DNA of 37,764 nucleotides from a virus (taxonomy: Duplodnaviria > Heunggongvirae > Uroviricota > Caudoviricetes): IMG/VR virus record IMGVR_UViG_2883489344_000002; one strand, given 5' to 3'. Positions 1 through 7,582 of the stretch are shown here, one piece after another. Under the pieces are notes generated by a model. That model made no database searches. It saw only the letters and a list, made by a program, of their open reading frames with translations, and was not told the DNA's origin. The first letter of the stretch is position 1. Each line of letters begins with the position of its first letter. A program made the position numbers and the translations under genes.

Positions 1-522
1 ATGAAGTATTTTCTGGCTTGCGCATCAGCTCTGGCCTTGTCATTTGCAGCAGTTGCTGCTGAGAAGAACGAAAATGTTACGTACACAGAACCGTCAGCAG
101 GAAGAGACCTACATCTTACCTGCAAAGGTTACCAGGTGAAGGGGACATCCGTAATCCAAATAGAGAGAGCTTCTTACCTTGAAGGGACGGGAGAGCAAGT
201 TGAATTTGCCATCATTGCGCCATATGGTCCTTCTGATGGATTCAAAGTTTTTTTTGATTCTTGGGGTTTTACTTCTTTTGGATTGATTGAAAGTCATGTG
301 ATGCATGAGAACTGGTCTTTAGTTCATGTCGGAGGGAAGGTGTCGGTTAAGGAGAGTAAGATTGATTACTCCTTTTTTGATAACCGACCACAGGATTTAT
401 TGAGCTATAAACCGAAGGCAGAAATATTTCTATATGACTGCCGCAATTCTGATAAAAGGCCATCATGGGTGGACAGAATATACAAGAGAACAGAAATCTT
501 TAAGGGGGACATAGAAGGCTAA
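1..522 (+). CDS. Hypothetical exported protein (173 aa)
   Basis: ORF starts at base 1 with a typical Sec signal peptide (MKYFLACASALALSFAAVAA-E). No recognisable domain. Confidence 0.65.
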   Translation: MKYFLACASALALSFAAVAAEKNENVTYTEPSAGRDLHLTCKGYQVKGTSVIQIERASYLEGTGEQVEFAIIAPYGPSDGFKVFFDSWGFTSFGLIESHVMHENWSLVHVGGKVSVKESKIDYSFFDNRPQDLLSYKPKAEIFLYDCRNSDKRPSWVDRIYKRTEIFKGDIEG

Positions 523-732
523 AATACTGCATATAGTATGAAAACCACCATTCACCTTTGTGCATAGCCATGCAACCGCGCCAAAATCATCAGGGGCGTT
601 TTTTCACGATGCGGGCGTGGAAAGGTACCGGAAAACAGCCCGGACGCGGCAGAAGCGCGCTGAAGGCCTCTGCGGGGGTGCGCCCAAGTACTGTTATGGT
701 AAATGCGAAGAGCCTGGAGCACATGCCTCAGA

Positions 733-903
733 TTACTGCATTACTCTGAGAGCTTGGAATACCCATACTGCAATGGGATAGAACAGGTATAGAAAGACGG
801 TGGCTTGCAGCCCTTTGATCAGCCACCGGGTATGACGCCAGAGGTTGCGTTCATTTTCATTGGCTTCCTGAATACGTTTCTGCGTCTGCTCCTGAAGCGG
901 CAT
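733..903 (-). CDS. Small hypothetical protein with a C-terminal hydrophobic segment (56 aa from ATG 903)
   Basis: Part of ORF 733..1017. ATG 903 follows AAGGA. Hydrophobic tail ATVFLYLFYPIAVWVF. Confidence 0.35.
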   Translation of the reverse strand: MPLQEQTQKRIQEANENERNLWRHTRWLIKGLQATVFLYLFYPIAVWVFQALRVMQ

Positions 904-1023
904 AGTGCCATCCTTGAATGAGGGGTCTAGAGTCCAACATAACGAAAAATGCTTTTCCATCAAGTGCGTCACCGGAATGTTATGTTTGTTTTGGCAGAGT
1001 TTGCCTGTCGCCATCACTTTGAT

Positions 1024-1047
1024 GTCCGCTTTTCGCTCAAAGCGGAC
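1024..1047 (+). repeat. 24-bp palindromic site, type A (loop TCGCTC)
   Basis: GTCCGCTTT-TCGCTC-AAAGCGGAC, perfect 9-bp stem. Family member with 1066, 3309, 4260 and 4825. Confidence 0.9.
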
Positions 1048-1065
1048 CTGACGGACAACTGTACA

Positions 1066-1089
1066 GACCGCTTTGTGCCAGAAGCGGAC
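1066..1089 (-). repeat. 24-bp palindromic site, type B (loop TGGCAC)
   Basis: Reverse complement GTCCGCTTCTGGCACAAAGCGGTC is 23/24 identical to 4825-4848. Confidence 0.9.
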
Positions 1090-1250
1090 TGTTCTAACAC
1101 CTTGCGGATTTAATAAGCTGGGGACAGACCAGTGAGGAGGTTTACGAAGATTAAATCAGTGACTAGAAAATCAAAATATGCTAAAAACTTCCGAATAAAA
1201 AATTTATTATAAATTTTGTATAAATTTAAACCACAGCAAAGGAAAAGATC

Positions 1251-2201
1251 ATGACGATCATTTTATTCATTATTGGTATAGTTGTTGTCTCATGTATTTA
1301 TGAAGCTCTTTTTAAGAGTAGCTCAGTTAATGACATCAAGAAAAGCAATAGTGGGACTCAATTTAAGAAAGTTGAACCAAATAAAAATGCAGTAAAAAAA
1401 ACATCGCTGGAATCATACGAAAACATTTCAAAAAAAGAAGACAACCCATCATTTAGTGAAAGCAATGCTGCAATAAATTACATATTATTTAATGCGAAAA
1501 AAAATTCAGAAACATCCCTTGCAGAAAAAGAAAGCAAAGCAGTAAGTCTTGAAGAATTATTTAGCCAAATACAAAACCTGTCTGATAAAAAGTTTGTTTT
1601 TTTCGATGCATTTGAATCTAACGGTTTGTCATGTTATTTTCTACATGACTATTATCCGTTAAAATATACTGACATCTCTGAAAAAAACAAAGAAAATAGA
1701 AAGATTGTTTATGATTTTAAAGATGGTTTGTTAAATGAAAAAACAAAGAATATCCCTAAAGAGATAGCGACAATTTTGCTGAATAGTTTTAGTAAGGATT
1801 TACTAAAAGAAACAATATTTATATGTCTTCCTTCCTCTACACAGCTAAAATATAGAAGAAGATATACGCGCTTCAGTGAAGAAATTTGTAAATCTTGTGG
1901 AATGATAAATTTTTTCCAGCATGTATCCTATCTTTGGGATAGGAAAGCAAAACATATTGAGGGAATCTCTGCGGGCAGTGAATTATCTCACATTTATTTC
2001 CCTGAAAAAATAGTAGAAAATAAGAATATAATAATTTTTGATGACGTTTTCACTACAGGGAAAACACTCCACGCCATGGAATCAAAATTAAAGCTATACG
2101 GAGCAAACGTCGTGGCAGCCATTTTTATTGGTAAAACTTATGATCAGCATAGAATCAAAAAGGGCATGCTCCGAAAAACCTATTCTTTGATTGAGGATTA
2201 A
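1251..2201 (+). CDS. ComF-like phosphoribosyltransferase with N-terminal membrane anchor; putative ShosT-like defence effector
   Basis: PRPP-binding loop IIIFDDVFTTGKT. Hydrophobic residues 1-21, then a K/E/S/N-rich linker. AT-rich; stop is 3 nt before the DprA-like gene. Confidence 0.85.
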   Translation: MTIILFIIGIVVVSCIYEALFKSSSVNDIKKSNSGTQFKKVEPNKNAVKKTSLESYENISKKEDNPSFSESNAAINYILFNAKKNSETSLAEKESKAVSLEELFSQIQNLSDKKFVFFDAFESNGLSCYFLHDYYPLKYTDISEKNKENRKIVYDFKDGLLNEKTKNIPKEIATILLNSFSKDLLKETIFICLPSSTQLKYRRRYTRFSEEICKSCGMINFFQHVSYLWDRKAKHIEGISAGSELSHIYFPEKIVENKNIIIFDDVFTTGKTLHAMESKLKLYGANVVAAIFIGKTYDQHRIKKGMLRKTYSLIED

Positions 2202-2204
2202 ACT

Positions 2205-3167
2205 ATGGGATTGAGTGCATCAAATATTTTATTCCTAAAATCAGTTCCTTACGTAGGAAACCAATCAGTGTTAAAACTTTTAGGGCAAGATAAGGGAAAT
2301 GATTATGTATCTGTAGCCGATATAATTGACTTCTTTCTAAGCACTTCAAAAATGAAGACCATTAGGTTGGAAACTTTAGATTTCCTGAAAAGCAGAGAAA
2401 AATGCAATAAGTTATACAATGAAATAGAAAGAAAAATTGATATAGGTTATTGTAGTGGTGTCATTCCTCTTGGTTATAATGACGACAATTTTCCTACATC
2501 ATTAAAAATTATAAAAAATAAAAGCGGGGGTAATATTGCCCCTACTGTTATCTTCTACAAAGGGAATGTCGATTGTTTAAGCTATAGTCAAAATGCTACT
2601 GTTATTGGCTCTAGAAAACCTACTGAGCGGACAAAGAAAGCCGGGGAGTATATAGCAAAATTTCTTTCGGATAATGATTTTAATATCGTAAGCGGCTTAG
2701 CCAAAGGATGCGATGAAATAGTCCATTCGGTTGCAGTATCTAGAAAAACAAAAACCACTGCTATTTTGCCACAAGGTATCGATAAAATTTACCCTTCCAC
2801 TAGTACAAAGCTAGCCGAATCTATCGTTGATACAGGTGGTATTCTTCTGTCTGAGCTTATGATTGGCGAACGTGTAACTAAATATAGCTTAGTAGAAAGA
2901 GATAGATTGCAAAGCGCTATTTCAGATAAAACTATCGTTTTACAAACAGCAATAGATGGAGGAACTATGCATGCAGCAATGAGTGCGCTATATAATCTGA
3001 AAAAACTCTATGTCATCGATTACAAATCTATAAATAGTGAGGATGCTGTTTTTTATTCAGGATTTGAGCATTTACTAAGCAATGGCGCGCAAAAATTGAA
3101 TTCGAATGAAATGTATAATTTAGTGACAATGAAAGAGAACAAAAAACAAGAATCTTTATTTGACTAA
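2205..3167 (+). CDS. DprA/SMF-family protein; putative ShosA-like partner
   Basis: DprA Rossmann motifs VIGSR, IVSGLAKGCD, GGILLSE, ERDRLQSAIS, GGTMH. Operonic with the PRTase. Confidence 0.9.
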   Translation: MGLSASNILFLKSVPYVGNQSVLKLLGQDKGNDYVSVADIIDFFLSTSKMKTIRLETLDFLKSREKCNKLYNEIERKIDIGYCSGVIPLGYNDDNFPTSLKIIKNKSGGNIAPTVIFYKGNVDCLSYSQNATVIGSRKPTERTKKAGEYIAKFLSDNDFNIVSGLAKGCDEIVHSVAVSRKTKTTAILPQGIDKIYPSTSTKLAESIVDTGGILLSELMIGERVTKYSLVERDRLQSAISDKTIVLQTAIDGGTMHAAMSALYNLKKLYVIDYKSINSEDAVFYSGFEHLLSNGAQKLNSNEMYNLVTMKENKKQESLFD

Positions 3168-3308
3168 TAACTTTACGTAGCTAAGTGGATACATAATGGC
3201 AAGCTGGTCAACTGCCTAATAATCAGTTATCTGGTACTGACCTGCTTTCCGACGATCATCACATGTTAATATTAGTCATGCCGCCCGACGGTAATGAAAA
3301 ATGAGAAC

Positions 3309-3332
3309 ATCCGCTTCTCGCTCAAAGCCGAC
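3309..3332 (+). repeat. 24-bp palindromic site, type A
   Basis: ATCCGCTTCTCGCTCAAAGCCGAC, 21/24 identical to 1024-1047. Confidence 0.85.
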
Positions 3333-3343
3333 CTTATGCCGCG

Positions 3344-3394
3344 TCAAGCCACGTTATGGCAAAACAGCCCGTGCTGTCGATAGCGTGGATAGCC
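3344..3394 (+). repeat. 51-bp inverted repeat, left copy
   Basis: TCAAGCCACGTTATGGCAAAACAGCCCGTGCTGTCGATAGCGTGGATAGCC; 48/51 identical to the reverse complement of 4198-4248. Confidence 0.95.
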
Positions 3395-3595
3395 AGAGAT
3401 TATCCCCTACATGGCCCGTACCGCCGTAGCTAGTGCGGACCATCGGGAACCGAAGTAGGGGGATCCCTACAACTGGCACGTGCTGTCGTTAGCAATTGGG
3501 CGATTTGAGAGAATTGCCTGCCTGTCGCGGACAGCTATGAGAGAGGTGAGATCGGTCGTGTTTAATCCGCCGCCTGTTCTGCCGGCTCCGCCCAC

Positions 3596-3618
3596 TTATC
3601 CACCGTTTCTGTGGATAA
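3596..3618. promoter_or_regulatory. Inverted pair of DnaA-box-like 9-mers
   Basis: TTATCCACC-GTTTC-TGTGGATAA. The second is a perfect TTATCCACA on the minus strand. Confidence 0.45.
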
Positions 3619-3643
3619 CCCGCGGCCAGGTCTGCCTGACCTG

Positions 3644-3997
3644 CTACCACAACGCCGTCATGATGCTGGGTTCGCCGTCGGCCATGCCCCAGAACATCAC
3701 CTGCAACCGGGGCATCAGGCCCATTCCCGCCATCACCGGGTTCAGGGCCTGTGCCGGGTCAGGGTGAGCCTCCCGTTCGGCCTGGAGTGTGATCTGTAAC
3801 GCCTCAGCGTCAGCCAGATGTTCAAAGGTCAAAGCCATGGACACGTCCCGCCCCCAGTAGCCTGCCCCCAGGTAAAACAGATCGCCCGTCACGTCCGGGC
3901 GCCGGATCACAAATCCCATTGGGCGAATATCTTGTTTATTGTTCGACTGCACAATGTGTAGCCAGAATTCCCGTGTTCCCGCTTCTTTACTCATCAC
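3644..3997 (-). CDS. Hypothetical protein (up to 117 aa)
   Basis: Open frame only; no recognisable domain; start uncertain. Confidence 0.4.
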   Translation of the reverse strand: MMSKEAGTREFWLHIVQSNNKQDIRPMGFVIRRPDVTGDLFYLGAGYWGRDVSMALTFEHLADAEALQITLQAEREAHPDPAQALNPVMAGMGLMPRLQVMFWGMADGEPSIMTALW

Positions 3998-4236
3998 TAC
4001 CTAATAATCAGCGATATTTTCCAGTCAGGATGCCATAGCACGTCTTCTTTCCCATACGACGGGGGACTCAATTCAGGCAAAATCAGAAGGATGCCAGGTA
4101 GCGCGAGGATCCCGGGCAGCCCGAGATACATAACAAGGCCGTGGATGAGCCGCGGCGGCACGACCCATGTATGGGAAACATGTCTATTTTGGTTCCCGGC
4201 GATCCACGCTAGCGACAGCACGGGCTGTTTTGCCAT
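3997..4236 (-). CDS. Hypothetical small hydrophobic protein whose start lies inside the 51-bp repeat
   Basis: MAKQPVLSLAWIA is encoded by the repeat itself; central hydrophobic stretch. Confidence 0.3.
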   Translation of the reverse strand: MAKQPVLSLAWIAGNQNRHVSHTWVVPPRLIHGLVMYLGLPGILALPGILLILPELSPPSYGKEDVLWHPDWKISLIIR

Positions 4237-4248
4237 AACGTGGCCTGA
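4198..4248 (-). repeat. 51-bp inverted repeat, right copy
   Basis: Reverse complement matches 3344-3394 at 48/51. Confidence 0.95.
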
Positions 4249-4259
4249 CAGGGCGAAAC

Positions 4260-4283
4260 GTCCGCTATGAGCGAGAAGCGGAC
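4260..4283 (-). repeat. 24-bp palindromic site, type A
   Basis: Reverse complement GTCCGCTTCTCGCTCATAGCGGAC. Confidence 0.9.
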
Positions 4284-4327
4284 ATGGTATGGGGCCGATT
4301 ACACATTAGTAACCTGACCCAGAAGAT

Positions 4328-4729
4328 TTAATTTTGCTTGTTCTGGTATAGATCCCAGCGGTTACCGTAAATGTCTTCAAACACCACGACCATCCCGTAA
4401 TCCTCCTCCCGCGGCTCCTGGCAGAAGTGGACACCCTTCGCTTTCATGGCGTTGTAGTCGCGCCAGAAGTCGTCAGTCTGTAAGAACAGGAAAACCCGTC
4501 CACCGCACTGGTTGCCGATAAAGCCTTCCTGCCGCTCGTTTGAAGCACGGGCCAGGAGAAGATTACAGTCGCTTTCCGGATTTGGCGTCACAACGACCCA
4601 GCGCTTACCCGGCTGCGGGGTGTCTTCTACCAGCGTAAAGCCCAGCTTATCGGTGTAATACTCAATTGCGCGGTCATAGTCGTCGACCACGATCGCCACA
4701 TAACCCATGCATCGTTTTTGCGTTCTCAT
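4328..4729 (-). CDS. VOC family (glyoxalase/bleomycin-resistance-like) protein
   Basis: YVAIVVDDYDRAIEYYTDKLGF, GKRWVVV, GGRVFLFLQTDDF and VVVFEDIYGNRWDL are typical VOC motifs. SD GGAG before the ATG. Confidence 0.92.
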   Translation of the reverse strand: MRTQKRCMGYVAIVVDDYDRAIEYYTDKLGFTLVEDTPQPGKRWVVVTPNPESDCNLLLARASNERQEGFIGNQCGGRVFLFLQTDDFWRDYNAMKAKGVHFCQEPREEDYGMVVVFEDIYGNRWDLYQNKQN

Positions 4730-4824
4730 TTCTGCTCCATCAGGTTTCAGACACAGCTTTCTTGAAACAACTTTTTAACACAATCTAACGCTACTAGCTG
4801 CACAGATGAGGCCAAAATAATAAC

Positions 4825-4848
4825 GTCCGCTTCTGGCACAAAGCGGAC
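4825..4848 (+). repeat. 24-bp palindromic site, type B
   Basis: GTCCGCTTCTGGCACAAAGCGGAC. Confidence 0.9.
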
Positions 4849-5118
4849 ATATCTCATCCGGCGTTTTGTCGCCGTCAGTCAACCTAGTCTCTTTGTATCA
4901 GGCACGGCGGTTGCTCCAACTTTCTCGTATCATTTGTTGCCATAGATGCACTGCAACGAGGCATTCAACTGCTGTCGCATTTGTCGCCGTTAGGCTGGGA
5001 AAACATCAATCTGACAAGCGATTATTGAAAGCAACCGGATACCGGCTTTTCGGTAAATTTCGTCAGCGGCGACCAGCTAAAGTCCAAAGGTCAAAAAAAT
5101 AGTCCTGGCGTACAATAA

Positions 5119-5763
5119 TTATCGATATCCAAAATAATCCCTGTCGCGCTCTTTGGCATAGGCCTTATCCAGGTTAAGCGTATCGCCGCGCGCATCGCCA
5201 AACGGCACGTTGCCCACGCCCCCATCAAAGCTGTTATCAGGCGACCCGGCGGCCAATGCCTCGAATGGCGTCACCCTTACGTCATCCTCGGGGTGCAGCA
5301 GCTGGTTGATACGGCCGGATACGGCGCTGATCTCGGTGGCAGTCATAATGGTGCCGCGCGGCTTGGTCTCGTTAAAGACCCCGACACCCGAAGACGGCTC
5401 CAAGGTATTGCCCGAGTCCGCTCCGTAGAGCTTCATGATCTCCCACGTACCCTCAGCTACATGCTGCGGGGAGTAATACTCATGCGTCGATCCGCCGATC
5501 CCGCCCTCGCCGGTGTACCCCGCCAAGGTCTGACGCTGCTCGTCTGTCAGCTGCGCACCGTCTGGCAGGCTCTCCAGCAACGCGATCGCTTTCTGGTTAG
5601 CTTCCTTGCGAGCGCGCTCGATAGACACCCCCGCCTGCTTGCGGATCCCGAAGGTCACAACCGGCCGGCGGCTGGCCAGCGATCGGATGATCCGCACAAT
5701 CTCTGAAATCGAGTTACAGCCCTGAATGGCGGCACTGATTTTGTTCCGTAAATCGTCAGGCAT
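5119..5763 (-). pseudogene. darB: Truncated P1 DarB homologue (N-terminal ~214 aa, partial methyltransferase domain)
   Basis: EANQKAIALL, LTDEQRQTLAGYTGEGGIGGS, NTLEPSSGVGVFNETKP, SGRINQLLHPED and GNVPFG match the P1 DarB N-terminus as recalled. P1 DarB is over 2000 aa. Similarity stops near 5140 and no downstream frame continues it. Divergent from prt as in P1. Confidence 0.93.
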
Positions 5764-5803
5764 TCGCCATCTCCAAAGTGAACATTTGCTACGTTGCCGC
5801 CAC

Positions 5804-5824
5804 ATTCTAGGAATTCTTACATCT
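5804..5824 (-). promoter_or_regulatory. P1-type late promoter for darB
   Basis: Minus strand AGATGTAAGAA-TTCC-TAGAAT; same box-N4-TANNNT layout as three other copies. Confidence 0.6.
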
Positions 5825-5842
5825 AAGAGGGTTGTGGCTCCG

Positions 5843-7582
5843 ATGCCGAAATTTGCATACGACACCATTCGCAAAGCACTGGAAGCAGCAATGCCCGGTA
5901 GCGCATCGAATAAGGGGGTTCCTTTGGCACTGGGTCCCACCAGCAGCGGCGGTAATGGCGTGGTTTATTCACGCTCTGCCCTGTTTGGCAACGATGCGGC
6001 GGGAAAAGACTTCACTGACACGCTGGTTAATCCTGGCGGGCAAGTCTTAGATGAGGCGGTGCTACCTGAAGATCGGCTAATGCGCTATCCGTTTTTAGAG
6101 GAGATGGCCGCTTACCCAACCCTTTCGGCCGCGCTCAACATCCATATCTCCTATGCGTTTTCGATAGACAAAACCACCAATCTTTCGTTTCGGCTGAAGC
6201 CGGTAACCAATAGCGAAGACAAGGATTTTGAGTCTGCACAAACGCTCTGCGAGGAGCTGATGGCGGACATTGGGCGCACCATCAACGACGAATTACCGGG
6301 CTGGGCAACCATCATGGCTGTGTTTGGCACGGGCTATATCCGGCCGCACACCAAGCCCAAGGTAGGTATTACCGGCTTTGAGTCCAATTTCTACACCCTG
6401 CCCTATTTCATCCGTGAGTATGAAGTGGGTGGCCAGCTGGCCGGCTTCACCGGGGACTACCTGAAGGATGGCAATGGTGCGCTGGTATTTGCCAAGCCGT
6501 GGGAAATGGTGCCAATGCGCATCCCCTATTGGCGGCCGAAGAAAAACCAAATGCCGATGTACACCGGCACCGAGCAATTCAGCCTGTTATCTGATCCTGA
6601 AAAGCGCGTTCCCGTTGAGACCCAAAACTATGGGACCAGCCTGTTTGAGTATGCCTATGAACCGTATCTCAACCTACGGGCGGCCATCCGCTCGGTAAAG
6701 GGCACCCGCTTCAATGCCAGTAAGGTCGATCGGCTGATCGGGGTTCAAATGTCCTCCCTTGACCCGGCGCGTGGCGCGGAATACAGCCGTACCCTTTCCC
6801 AGCAGCTCAAGCGGTCTGCCGAACAGGTTGAGAAGCGGGCGCGCGGTCACAAAACCGCTCCGACCGTGATCAATACCCTGCTGCCTATCCTGGGGGCGGA
6901 CGGCAAAGGTCAGCTGCAAATCGACACGCAGACAATCCCGGTAGACATCACCGCTCTGGAAGACGTGATGTTCCACATCAAACAGCTGACCGCCAGTGTT
7001 GGAATGGATTACACCATGCTGGGCTTTGCTGACCAGATGTCTGGCGGGCTGGGGGAAGGCGGTTTCCTGCGCACGTCCATTCAGGCCGGCATGATCGCCA
7101 GCTGGTTGCGCGGCGGTGCCGCTGAGATGATTTACCGGATGTGTGACATTCACCTTGCCTTCAAATACGGGAAGGTTTACCCGCCCGGACAACGCCCGTT
7201 CGAGATCGAATTTAACTCGATGGCCACCAGCATCGAACTGGAAGAAAACGCCGCGCTCGATGGCCGCGCCAACTACGCCAGTGTGCTGGTGACCATCATT
7301 GATGCCATTTGCAATAACCCATCACTGGCCGGCTCCGAGACGTTCAAGCAGCTGGTGATGGGAGACATTTTAAAGGTGCCGCAGGAGCGCCTCTCCCTAC
7401 TGCTGACCGAGATCAAAAACGCCCCCAGCACAGAGGGCAACAACATGATGGAGAGCTTGGGCATCACGCCAGACCAGACGATCAGCGACCCGGATTTGCT
7501 GGCCATCATGAAAGCTATGCCCCGTGGCGATCTGGAGGACGTCATATTGAAAACATTCTGTAACCAAGAGGAAAAGCCATGA
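5843..7582 (+). CDS. prt: P1-like portal protein
   Basis: LPEDRLMRYPFLEEMA, ETQNYGTSLFEYAYEPY and DQMSGGLGEGGFLRT match P1 Prt. Start placed at ATG 5843 (GTG 5834 possible); the ORF-track extension overlaps darB. Confidence 0.95.
   Translation: MPKFAYDTIRKALEAAMPGSASNKGVPLALGPTSSGGNGVVYSRSALFGNDAAGKDFTDTLVNPGGQVLDEAVLPEDRLMRYPFLEEMAAYPTLSAALNIHISYAFSIDKTTNLSFRLKPVTNSEDKDFESAQTLCEELMADIGRTINDELPGWATIMAVFGTGYIRPHTKPKVGITGFESNFYTLPYFIREYEVGGQLAGFTGDYLKDGNGALVFAKPWEMVPMRIPYWRPKKNQMPMYTGTEQFSLLSDPEKRVPVETQNYGTSLFEYAYEPYLNLRAAIRSVKGTRFNASKVDRLIGVQMSSLDPARGAEYSRTLSQQLKRSAEQVEKRARGHKTAPTVINTLLPILGADGKGQLQIDTQTIPVDITALEDVMFHIKQLTASVGMDYTMLGFADQMSGGLGEGGFLRTSIQAGMIASWLRGGAAEMIYRMCDIHLAFKYGKVYPPGQRPFEIEFNSMATSIELEENAALDGRANYASVLVTIIDAICNNPSLAGSETFKQLVMGDILKVPQERLSLLLTEIKNAPSTEGNNMMESLGITPDQTISDPDLLAIMKAMPRGDLEDVILKTFCNQEEKP

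Noticed and set aside
632-642. AAAACAGCCCG shared with the 51-bp repeat
   Set aside because: An isolated 11-mer is expected by chance in a window of this size; the flanks do not align.
1024-4848. CRISPR array interpretation of the 24-bp palindromes
   Set aside because: Copies are irregularly spaced (18 bp to over 2 kb), occur in both orientations and are separated by genes; no cas genes.
4963-4995. Possible integron attC (ATTCAAC...GTTAGGC); also GTTAGAT upstream of the VOC gene and GTTATGG in the 51-bp repeats
   Set aside because: Only 33 bp, below attC size, with no L boxes or extended stem. No matching inverse cores for the others and no intI in the window.
5726-5940. ORF-track N-terminal extensions of prt (from 5726) and darB (from 5940)
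   Set aside because: They overlap each other and the divergent promoter region; P1 similarity begins near 5843 and 5763.
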